A DNA stretch of 64,000 bases from Marsupella aquatica (taxonomy: Eukaryota > Plantae > Marchantiophyta), in NCBI GenBank assembly GCA_973895155.1, contig OZ316893.1, forward strand, positions 4,136,490-4,200,489. Reading direction: 5' to 3'. The position numbers and the translations under genes were made by a program. Numbering within the stretch: the stretch's first letter is position 1; every line of letters begins with the position of its first letter. Below, in pieces: positions 10,550 to 21,800 of this stretch. The notes below the pieces were generated by a model that was not told where the DNA came from, did no database searches, and worked only from the letters and a program-made list of their open reading frames with translations.

Positions 10550-13500
10550 ATGGGACCAATTTGAGAGGATTTGAAATGCCAGGGGTTCTTCTTCTTGATG
10601 CTTAAAAAAACCCAACGTAGCCTCCCCGATTTAGCTGCATCCGAATTCAGGGAGGATCCTCGTTGATCAGCAACTATAGTCTCTGGGTGATCGAACCCCA
10701 CCGACAGTTCTTTCAATGTGGGCAGTGACGGTATTCAAATGACTTCGAATTCGGTATCATGCAAAGCCGACTGACCTTGCTGCCCGGAACGATTGTGCAC
10801 AACCTCATGCAACAGGACCCATCCGCCGGAGCTGCCGAGCATGCAGAAAGGTTGGAAGCGCATACTTCAACAACCACCATGACCTACTCGCATCGCAAGC
10901 ATGCCGGTGAATTTTTCTGCTAGAAAGCTCCCTCAGGTCGCATATTGTGCCTCTGAAAAATCTGCCGACAATTGATCCCTTCGACGTCGGTGCTAAGCAG
11001 CATGGCAGATGCAAGATTTGGCTTGAGTGGCGCTGTAGCGTGTCGATCTCCTCTTTGCGGTTCCTCCAGAGCACTACAAAACCTGATGAGCAGGCTGCAT
11101 GCAGAGACGCGACCGGTGAAGGAATTGTCTGTGGCAGTAGGGCTGTTGCCGGGGCTGTCTCTCGTCTGTGATGTTCGGAGGTGCTGGCCCTCTGACGATC
11201 GTCCCACAGCTAGCTTTCATGCAGGCCCTCTGACGGACGTCTCACGGTCGCCGCCAAGAATTGCAGTATATTAAACTGAATTGTATTCCCGATTCAAGAG
11301 TTACAACAGAAAATCGAAATTCAGCTGTCCGATTCTTAGGCACTTGTGAAGTGGCGAAGATCGACATGGAGCATTGGAATGCTAATGCTTTTCAGAGCTG
11401 CAGCAAGCTTCTTTTATTTGTCAAACTAGACTGATTGAGCCAAGAAGATCATACTTAGCGAGGAGAGAGGACCGATCAAGATTTCTGTTGGGTTTATTGT
11501 CTAGACATTGAGCTTTAATATGCGCGCTGCTGGAGTTGTTGTTTTCAAGAATTTCTTTCGGTCTAAGTCACGGTGCCCGTAATTTGATGGTATTCCTTGA
11601 CTTCGGAGTTAACCGTGGGACTTTTCGTCTTGTTTCAATCTTCGTTTCATACGATGTCACTTTTGCAATTTTGTTTCGGCTTTTCCTAACAAACAAGAAG
11701 ATCAAGACAAAGACAAAGACAAAGTTGAAAAGCTAGAAGTTGTTGCACCTGTGCTTGCTTTCCTTCGTCAGACGATAATTATATTGGCAACGTTCTCCAG
11801 GGTTGGGACTGTGGTAAACATGGCGTTCCGGGCGGGGAGGGCGATGCACAAATCAGGTCAGACCTTGCGCACAAACCACTCTAAATTGACGTCCAATACG
11901 TGCGCCTGACGTTGTGCAACCCTAAACCCTGCACTCGTAGCAAAACATCGTGAGGTCGATAATCCAGGAGCCGACTTTTACAGTCCAATCTCGCGATAAT
12001 CTGGTCTGGTCTGGTCGGGTCCCTCACATTAAACTGGTTGATTACATTCTTCATCCCACGAAATCCGAACGTACACAGTTGCTTTCTCTGAGAAATTTGT
12101 CACTCCGTCAATTTTCCAGTGCCATGGGGGAGAACAGCAGCTTTTGAGATCGCAAATGGAAATCGGAGCGTCTCTCTGCCAGGTTTCCGTTGATACCGAT
12201 GGAACTCAGTAGTCCGTTCCATCTGTTGGCGCGCAGGCACCAATTTGTTCAGCAAGAGCCGGAGAATTCATGAGCAGCAAACTGAGATTGTTCGCACACT
12301 GCTTTACTTCATGGAACGGGAAACACATAGTCGTCAAAAGAGAGTTTTTCTGTCGTCGGGAAACACATAGTCGTAAAAGAGACTTTGTCTGTCGTGTCAT
12401 GAAAAAGAGATGGCACACCTCGCCCCAGACTCTGCTTTGATCATCCACTTGGAGCAGTCAAGATCTGAGGACACTAAAGTACTAAACGAAAAGAATCTGA
12501 ATGCAACTGTTATCTACGAAAAGTAAGTGATCACCTACTAGCGCGTGGCAAGATCACAATCAACAACCTAGCAAAACTCATCAACTACCGATGGTACGAG
12601 GCTGATCAATCATATCTACTTCGGAGAAGTCGATGGAGGAGGTAGCGGAAGACGAACAGCTAGCCGCTGATCAGATAATCACAGTAACAAACAGCAACTG
12701 CCAATGATGCAATGAATACTAGTAACGTAGCAGAGTGCAGCGTCATGATTGCTCGCGACAATTTACTGGAGGATGTTGGTGCAGTACAGAATCAGGAGGT
12801 TTGCAGCTGAGTCCTTGAATTGACACTGGAAATAGGACGTCGCTGCGTTGCTCCCACTGTTATGACCATCCATTAACAGGATTTAATTTGGATTGAGATT
12901 TTGGATTGAGATTTTGGATGCGAGAAATTCAGATGGACATCATCCTCAACAAGATCTACAGTTGTAATGTCAAAAGAAAGGTAGTTCCTGCCACGCAATC
13001 TTCTTGCTACAGAACGAGGTTGAATTTTTAGTCATAGTATACATTGGGACAGAACTAGCGACAACTTTAACCTCGTTCTGTCCCAATAATATGCCATGAC
13101 TAAAATTTCGTCAGATACGGGCGGCTCGAACGATCAAAAGGTGTCCTACAAATTCGCGAGTCAACTTTTGGCTTTACAGGATTATCACATCCTTCTTGCC
13201 CAATGGCGTCAACTGGCAGTAGAAAATAGCGCGTTCAAGTCTTCCAAATTGTCCGGAAAGACAGATGTTCACCGATTTTCTCTCCTCCGAATCATCGCAC
13301 TAGAGCCCAAGGGACTCGGAGAACGAAATCGTCCTCGTACCGTAAGCAATAGTTTAGGGTACTCCTGTAGACCCTACTCGCTTAGTCGATCATGGATTGG
13401 GACGATGGTGCTTGATCTGGCAATTACTCGCAGGGTATATAGAGGATGGCTCCACCCCATCTTAGCGACATTGTCTACAGTGGTATGCTCACTGAAGCAT

Positions 13501-13675
13501 CCAAACGGAAGAAGCTTTGCTAGAACCGGCCAGTTCCCTAGATGCATACGTGGTAACCTGACTGACTGGGGCTAATACATTATTGTAACCCCGCTGGGTT
13601 TTTCAAAGTCCAACAAGTACGTGTCAGACTCTTAATTAGTCAGTAACTTAAGCCAATAAATTAACTTAAACCAAT

Positions 13676-14245
13676 CTATTCAAAGCCATTTTTTTTGCCT
13701 TGAAAACCAAAAGCAGGCCCATCCAACAAAGGATAGCTATTTTTATTTTGCCTTGAAAATAGAAAGGAGGCCCATCCAACAGAGGATAGACCTCCTGCTT
13801 TGGAGCATGTATCATCCAAGAGAGGATAGCTATTTTTTTTGCCTTGAAAATAGAAAGGAGGCCCATCCAACAGAGGATAGACCTCCTGCTTTGGAGCATA
13901 CATTTCTATGTAGGGCAGCCACAAGGGGACAATACCCAGGGATCCGACAATGACCGGACCAGGAGGGAGAGAGGATTAAACCAGAACCCAAAGTGAGCAA
14001 CCAGGGCTTGAAAATTGAAAGGAGGCCCATCCAACAGAGGTCTAGGATTAAACCAGAACCCAAAGTGAGCAACCAGGGCTTGAAAATTGAAAGGAGGCCC
14101 ATCCAACAGAGGATAGACCTCCTGCTTTGGAGCATGCATTTCTATGTAGGGCAGCCACAAGGGGACAATACCCAGGGATCCGACAGGGACCGGACTAGGA
14201 GGGAGAGAGGATTAAACCAGAACCCAAAGTGAACAACCAGGGATG
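13676..14245. repeat. Modular tandem repeat array
   Basis: aggcccatccaaca occurs 5 times. gaggatagacctcctgctttggagcat occurs 3 times, ggattaaaccagaacccaaagtga 3 times, and ttctatgtagggcagccacaaggggacaatacccagggatccgaca twice. Confidence 0.85.
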
Positions 14246-14315
14246 AGGAGATAATCAATACTCCCACCACTACACCCCACCCACCCACATACACATACCC
14301 TCCACACCCCTTATG

Positions 14316-14390
14316 TGTGGAGGGAGGATTGAACCTGAGACCTCTCGGTTCTAGGCTCATCCTTTGGCCAACTGACCAAAGCCAGTTGGT
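14316..14390 (-). mobile_element. tRNA-derived SINE-like head (Pol III A/B boxes)
   Basis: The minus strand reads ...tggctttggtcagttggccaaaggatgagcctagaaccgagaggtctcaggttcaatcctccctcc. It has an A-box-like tggtcagttgg and a B-box ggttcaatcc at tRNA spacing, but no proper acceptor stem. Confidence 0.5.
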
Positions 14391-15949
14391 TGATTCAAAG
14401 CGATTTCCATCTATGTAGGTTCTCGAAAAGTCCAAAAAACAATCCGACTACCTAAGCTGTCCCTTAACAAATTCACTGTTTGAGCACATTTTTACTTGTG
14501 ATGTTTGTCCAAGTTTGAAATATGCCGATTCATCCCACCTATTTTGCTTGCAAACGGCCACCCAGGATCTCAAGGCAAGGATTCTATAAGATGTTAGAAC
14601 TTTTGGTAACAATCTAATCTAATTAATGTGACTACAAGCTACCGAGCGATAAATAAGCATCAATCGTCATTTCAAGTATTGCCAGTAACGAGTTGCTAGT
14701 CTTTACAGTCGATTTTCTGTGTCTTTACCCTACAAGTGAACATCACTAGTGCCATTTGGCAGTTGGAAATCAAACTGAGGTGACCGGTTTTGAATCTCCG
14801 TCTGCACTCCCTTTGCTCTCTTCTTAGGGCACACAATTTTCAATGTACTCTCTCGTTCAGTAAAGAGTTTGGCAGAGCATTTATCATTCATCCTCTCGCT
14901 AAGTACTTATGTATATGTTTAAGGTGCGGAGGGGGACCCTAAATATTTGTTAAAGGTCATGGGGTTTTCAAAACCCAAAATCTACGGTCACGATTGGAGG
15001 CGCCTGGCGCGGATTGCATGTCCACCATCCCTCGATCGCCCAGATTTCAGGGTGCTATTGTACGTGCCCTAGGGGACGGTCGAGATTGAGGGGCGCGTGT
15101 TCAGCCTCCTTCCGACAGCCCAGATTTGAGGGGGGATGTGTCCTGCCTCGGTGGCTCCTGCGACGCCCCATCCGCATCCAATCTAGGCTGGTCATTTGAA
15201 AACTAACGGCACAGATTTCAGATCGCAGGGTTTAGGGTGGTTCGAGATCAAGATCCAACGGGTGGTCGATATTGGAAGGCTGAGATTGGGAAGTCCGAGT
15301 CGGTTGATACCTGGGCGGGCGTTACTTAGGTGTGCCCTCACGATTGCTTTACCTCGTTCCATTTTTTGCGGACGCCGTCAGGCTCCGGAGTTCCAGTCGT
15401 CTGTGGGAGGCCCATTTTAGAGTGGGCAGCACTCTTTTCACGGGCTTGGAGTTTCAGGAGTGGATCGTTGTTCTGGAGGGTGCGCACCACTGACAGGTTG
15501 TGGAGATTGCGAGGCTTCGATATTGCGAGGCTTCGATATTGCGAGGCTTCAAGATTGCGAATGCGCGGGATTGGCACCTTCAGAGTCATCTGTGAGGCAT
15601 TTCCATGCTTTATTGAATGTTCATCTTTGAATGCTTTGTGAATGCCGACATTGTATGCTTACGAATCCTCTTTTCATTTTTTGCTAGGTTCTAATTACTT
15701 TTGCCTGCGGCTGGTTTTTAACTATCTACATAGAGTTGTCGATTGGAGTGTAGAACGAAGGTGGTCAATAATGCCTTGCAAATCATCACCAAGTTTTGTT
15801 GATTGTCTTATTGCATTCATTAATGTTCATCAATCTCATTCATATTCACTTACTGCTCTTTGCCTATCGACTGCTTCATCGATCACCATTTGTAGGCGCT
15901 TATTGCTATTCGATTGTCGATTGCTTTATCATTGTCCATTGTCGATTGC

Positions 15950-16180
15950 TTCACTTACTGCTTTGACTGTTGACTGCTTGAACACTTACTACTATTTGAC
16001 TCTTGATGTTTGTCTCAGCTGCGAACACTAGTAGAGCCGATCGAGGCCTCATTTTAGACTGTCGACTGATTCACTTACTGCTTTGACTGTCGACTTCTTC
16101 ACTTATTTCTATTCAACTCTCGATGTACGTTTGTCTCAGCTGCAGACACTAGTAGAGCCGAACGAGGCCTCATTTTTAGT
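15950..16180. repeat. Direct repeat, 2 x ~120 bp, inside the Crypton-like element
   Basis: ttcacttactgctttgactgt...tttgtctcagctgc..acactagtagagccga.cgaggcctcatttt occurs twice. Confidence 0.75.
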
Positions 16181-16254
16181 GGACTGATTGACTCCTTAAC
16201 TTCAATGACTCCTAGAGGTTGCTAGAGAGCAAGTGCCATCCTTCAGCTTGGGCA

Positions 16255-18270
16255 TGTCAGCCATGACATCGACTATTGCAGCAGCGGAAGGAATGATCGT
16301 CGAGCCAATAGGTGAATGTTCGTCCGGTGCTGATTCTTTCTCTTGTTTAGAATCAGACATTCAGAATCTGAATGGTGATCCTGACTTGATTGCGCTTGAG
16401 TCCATGGCACCCCAGCACCTTAATGTTAATCTTCCAAACGGAATGTGTTGCAAGTTCTTACCAGAAGATGAGCAGTTTCAGCGTACCCTTGCCGAGGGTG
16501 GGAGCAACCCTAGCGCTGCTGTAGATAAGTGGGCTACAAATCGTCTGACTAAGTTCCGTGAGTTTAAGGGCTGGAATAGCACCATTCCATTCGAGGAACT
16601 CCCTGGCCAAGATTGTGTGTTACTTTGTCAAAGTTTTTTGAGTAGGTCTGTAAGAAGAATAGTAATCTCTATCCCTCCCAGACCTTGATGGGGCTATATC
16701 GAGCGTTTCACCGGATTCTGCATAAGAAGCAAGAGAAGCGCATTGTCAAAACAGGTAAGGAAGAACCTGTGTTCGAGATGAGATCGTCGCCTCAGTTCAA
16801 GCCGATTGCTGTTGCGTGCGTGCTGGCTATGGAACGCTTGCGGAAGGCAGGGGCAAACTTGCCCAGGAAGAAAGCCTCTGTGATCACTTTTGCTGATGAG
16901 GCCACCATACTCACTCATTCTAGTACCTCTATTTCACGCTCTAGAGGCCTGCAGCGGAGGGCAGTTTTCTTTTTGCTGAATCTATTTTGTATTCGTGGTG
17001 GTAAGGAGCTGTATAATCTCATGAAATCTGACTTTGCTTTTGGAGCTGATGTTCATGGTGATTTTGTGAAGTACAATGAGCGATTCAGCAAGAACTACAT
17101 GGTAAGTATGGATCGCTACGAGGAGGAGCATTTCAGGCCCGTTGTCATAAACTATGATTTCGATGTGATTGAGACCATAAAGATGTTGGTCCTTCATCTA
17201 CCTATAAGTGCCACTTTTTTTTATTTTATCAGTGTATTGACCACCCGAGGACACATGCATGGTATTCGACATCGAGACTTGGTGAAAAGACCCTTGGCTC
17301 TTGTCTAAAAGTGTTGCATCAGGAGGCTGGCCTCGGTACAGATGGTGTCTCCAATAAAACTGGACGTACCACTTGTATTTCGCGAATGGGAGCTGAGGGT
17401 GTTCCACCAAAGGTTGGGATGAAGATCTCAGCCAGGTCACAAAAGCGAGGGTGCGTATGAGAGGTATGATTGCAGCCGGGATTGCAGCACAAAAGCTAAA
17501 ATTGCGAGCTGCACTCAGGTGTGCCACGGACGGGACTCCTTACCCTGAGACAGTAACTTTGAAGACAGCAAATGGCAAGAGGGTGCTTATTGATGGTGAG
17601 AAGTGTGAAGATTGATCTGGGCCTGATGTATCTCTGGTGGACGAGCCACAGACTAAGAAACTAAAGGATGGAGCCGGGTTGCTGCCATCCGAAGGTAATA
17701 AAGCAGTCTTTCATTCTCAGTTTTGCTCAGTCAATTACTTGTGCTCAGTTTGCTCAGTCTATGAGTATTTGTGAATAAAACTAATTTGTTTCTTGGTGAG
17801 TGTAGCTGCCGATTCTGCAGAGTCGACATTGCCTTCTGTGACAGAACTGGCCTACTCTCCTTCAGCAAGTAGTTGAGCCGGTGATGGAGGTTGCGGCTAC
17901 TGAAGCTGTCACAGCAGCTGTGAGCATTGAGCTCTTGGCACCTACTGTCGAACGGGGCCTGAGCACATTGGACAATAATGTTCCGACTTGTTTCATTGAA
18001 GATGAACAGGATAAGGACTTGGATGTTTTTTTTGAGTCAATGTATTGGGATGCTTTAAATTGTTCTGATCCAAGATTTAAGGGCATTGCCCAGCTGCCAA
18101 ACTTGGCCATTGTTAACCCTATAATTAACACTGTCTTTGAAAAGATTAAGGCAATGATGAATTGCACTATGAATGGCTGCAGTTTCAGCCTCAACTTTGG
18201 TCCTCATGGAACAGGGCCTTCAGGAGGTGGAGATGGAGGAGGACCGTCCTTTGGACTTTCATTAAACTAG
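16255..18270 (+). pseudogene. DUF3504/Crypton-type tyrosine recombinase, frameshifted
   Basis: Joined frames give KWATNRLTKFREFKG...SKFFE*VCKKNSNLYPSQTLMGLYRAFHRIL...LQRRAVFFLLNLFCIRGGKELYNL (Arg at 16994)...YNERFSKN...VSNKTGRTTCISRM (Arg at 17365)...GHKSEGAYERYD (His 17438, Tyr 17465). A putative intron lies at 17695-17805, and the C-terminus has an NCTMNGCSFSLNF motif. There are several frameshifts and stops. Confidence 0.8.
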
Positions 18271-18674
18271 TCACATGTTAGACTGTGAGGCATTATAGAC
18301 ATTGACTGAGGCACATATTAGCATGAGGCATTGAGACTTTAGCATGACAGGTTGTAGATAGTTTTAGTCAGCATATTATAGATTGCACCAGACTCTGGAT
18401 TGCTGCCAGATTATAGACTTATATTCTTTAGACAACTAATTGTTGTCAAGAACTCCTTCTGAGGATTCATTATTTAGACTCTATCGAGTCATTGTAATTT
18501 TTCCATTACATATGAATAAAGTCTTATCCCCCACTGTGGGATTTCTCAGTATTCAAGTATTTGTGTCATGCGTATAAATACACCCAAAATACGACCAGAA
18601 ATAATGAGATATAAAGTCGCACACGTGGCAAGCTGTGGTAAGCCGAGTGGCATTAAGAAAACCCCACGACCCCC

Positions 18675-18816
18675 CTTAACGTATATGTTTATGGTCTCAA
18701 GGTACTCCTTAATGGAGTATTTGGGCGACCGTATGCCGATCCGCGGGAGCGGGGAGGCATACGGGAGACCAAATACTCCATTAAGGAGTACCACGAGACC
18801 CTAAATATGCGTTAAG
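18675..18816. other. 142-nt palindrome / rod-like hairpin at the right end of the tyrosine-recombinase element
   Basis: Perfect 24-bp stem (18701-18724 with 18769-18792). Further paired blocks: cttaacg/cgttaag, ggtctc/gagacc, ccgtatgcc/ggcatacgg, and an apical ccgc-GGGA-gcgg. Confidence 0.9.
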
Positions 18817-21800
18817 AGTCGTAAGCCGTCGATCTGACGCGCGAGTTGAATCTGATCGTCCATACTCAAATTAGGGATCAGCATGACCTGCAGCGTGACC
18901 TCCTGTCAGATCGAACGGCCGCATGTTTGGTGTACAAATACATCGGAAAATACGGTTTAAAATAATGAGATGTAAAGTTGACTACATGGCAAAAGCTCTG
19001 ATAAGGGAAGAGCAATAAAAATCATCGAACTACCCTTAACGTCTGCACAATGAATTGCATCTATCGATTCACATCTATTGACATTACAATCGAAAGTGCA
19101 TGTTCTGTTTTACTTTCAAAATGGAACGTCTATCTCAATTCTAACTGAGAACTGCCCAGTGCCTTGTGTCCTCCACGTCCGAACGGGTGAGGACACTGCA
19201 TCATCAAGCCACGAAGATACTGGACCTGCCTGCCAATCAAGGCGATGGTGAGAGAAATGAGCAGGTACGTCGACCTAGCGAAAACACTGCACATACCACT
19301 GATCCAGAGGACGAAGAAAGTCCCCGAAGACGTACACAGAACGATACAGAAGTGGATTGCCAAAATTTTGACACTAGCTTTGATCCTATACTTGATTCTC
19401 CTGATTGTAAAGTCTGTAGCAAATGTCTAGAAGGGCGATAGAAAGTGTGGCGTTTGTTTTTCTGTACGTGGAAAATTCTGGGTTGGGCGTTTTCACTTTG
19501 GAGTTTACTCTGCGTAAGCAATTCCTCGGCTGTACAGTCTAATTCGAGGCTTAGAGCCTTAGGAAGAGAAAGGAGGGATTGTGGCTACTCAAACTCCAAA
19601 TTCGTGGAAGCTTTAGCTAGTGGCCACGCTCGGCCATTTGAGAGACGATCCAGCCAGGTGACCTGTTGTGACATCGCCGCGATCAGATTGCTGTTGTCCT
19701 TTGCCACGGGTCAACTAGCATGAGGTGGCCAGTTTACGTGGTCTACAAGTTCAAATATTATTTGCAGTTTCTTTTACATTCAATAAACAAGTCTCCCTCA
19801 AATCTGGAGTCTCCCTCAAATCCCATCACGTGTTGTTCACCATTCTGTCTTAGTTCGGCAAGCTGCATTTCTGGCCATCGCACGCGCACTGCCTCTCTCC
19901 AATCGGAATTGAGATGCGTATCCACCACTCGTTATTGAGCGTTCTCCCTTGCCCTCTATTACGCTACACGTCGGTGTTCTAGAGGCACGTCTGCGATGAG
20001 TACGGACTACAACGAATCAAGTGGAAGGGTGACTTGTATCTTCCGCTTCAACACGCAGGTACTCTTCGAATGTACTCCTGATCATAATGAATTTGAACAC
20101 TTCTAATTTATTATAGACTTTCGTAGAGAAACACAAAGCAGACACAGGAGCTGCTCTCCATGATGTACACAACCCATCAACCCGGAATGCTCCCCGAAGG
20201 GAACAGATGTAACAGAAATGCCGCCCTTAAGAGCAAAGTTTATAAGCCTTCAAAAGCTTACATTGCACGACCAAAATCAAAAGATGCGTCGTAACAATTG
20301 CTATTATGTACATCCATTTCCGGCTTATCCGGCCAGGTGCATTTCCGGATGATTCTTTCAATTGTTTCTTCTTTGTGCGCCGCTTTCGAACTTTGTTCTT
20401 ACTTGGACTACTGGATGGAGTGCCAGCCTCCATTGTTAACGCCGGCTCAACAACTTCCCCGACTATCTTTATGATTGAAGAGATGCAGAAGCCTGAGAGA
20501 TCAGATCCCACCGTGTAAGTATGTAACATCTTATGAATGTGCTCTGGCAACGTCCTTTGAAATTCTCGAATTCATTGTCCTTTGAACTTTGATGCTATTT
20601 CAAAAACAAAAACGAACGCTCTATATGGCAAAAGTATTATCATCCACTGCCTCGAAACTAAGAGAGCTTGAACAAGTTGCATGTATGACATTTGTAGCGA
20701 GTGCTGATCAACGACGGATTTTAAAAATGTCGTGGAGCGATTGGATCCCTCAAATCAGTGCATTTTCATTCAGTCAGAGTACTTCTTCTACCTAATTAGC
20801 TTCAAGCTTCAAAAATCAAGGCCCCCCACAAAGTATGTATTCCTTTCGGATACTAGCTAGAATGAAAAGAGAATCCGTTCCTCGCAACAATTTGAGAACT
20901 CTCAGTGAGAATCCAAAATCCAGAATGTTAACTCTCCAAACATAAAAAGAGTACAATTAGAGTCTATCCATACACACCTAGTTTGAACTGAGTGAAAACT
21001 CTCGGAATTTCCACAGGAAACGCGCTGAGAAACTCACCAAAACACCCGAATCAAATATTTCAAGTTTTTTTAAACAGTCTATCGATATTGGAAGAGTTCT
21101 CTTAGCAGGGCAACGTGATAGTCTTCCGTGATGCACTTCACATTAATGCTCATGAAGGACCCCCGGAAGGCTCTGAGATATTCAACCCGCAGTCTATACA
21201 ACCTGCAAACCCAAAGTAAGCGTCATTGATCAAACGGATTCGAGTACCACTCTTGTTCAATTTTATATTCACGCTACGGTTTATACAATACCAGAATACA
21301 CAATTACAATTCACCTTCCAGACTGTATGACTTCAGTGAAATTAATCGATTCATCTAATGAAACAGATATGGCGAAAAGAACTGGAGAGCTCGCATTTGG
21401 GAAGACGGTTTGCCCGAAACCTTGACAAAGTGCAAAAGTTACAAATCCGGAAAGGAAGCTGGTCTGTAGCCGAATCGATTCTCACTTCAACGGAGGAGAT
21501 GAATCGAAGCCCTCGACTGTACATTTCTGTGGGTGGGCATTCCCGACTAAGCATCCACGCAGCAAACCGTGTTGAAGGACACTTGACGCCGGCGGTTGCC
21601 ATTTATCCTAGTGGTTTTAGTGCTTGCTGCAATTAAATGCTTGGAATACCTTTCCTGCCGGTCAACTTTTGGAATAACGGATGTCTATTTGTGAACTTTC
21701 GGACTAATGGATCTGTATTTTTAAACGGGCATCCTTAGTTCCCATTATGTCTCTCTGTTCTTCCTGAACCTGGAGGTTTTCAGCTGGTACTTCAAATGCG

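Larger units (their letters stand above)
14907..18816 (+). mobile_element. Crypton-like (DUF3504 tyrosine recombinase) DNA transposon, decayed
   Basis: Contains a disrupted tyrosine-recombinase gene. Subterminal inverted repeats: gaccctaaatatttgttaaaggtcatggggttttc (14935-14969) versus the reverse complement of 18657-18696. Related palindromes lie at both ends. Boundaries are approximate. Confidence 0.7.

Noticed and set aside
13676-14245. CRISPR-like repeat/spacer pattern
   Set aside because: The intervening segments are themselves repeated modules, not unique spacers.
14316-14390. Functional tRNA gene
   Set aside because: It has A/B boxes but no proper acceptor stem or cloverleaf.
14907-18816. 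DIRS/Ngaro retrotransposon, prophage integrase or Starship
   Set aside because: No gag, RT or RNase H, no phage genes and no evident cargo genes. The motifs resemble DUF3504 rather than the other families, although no HMM search was run.
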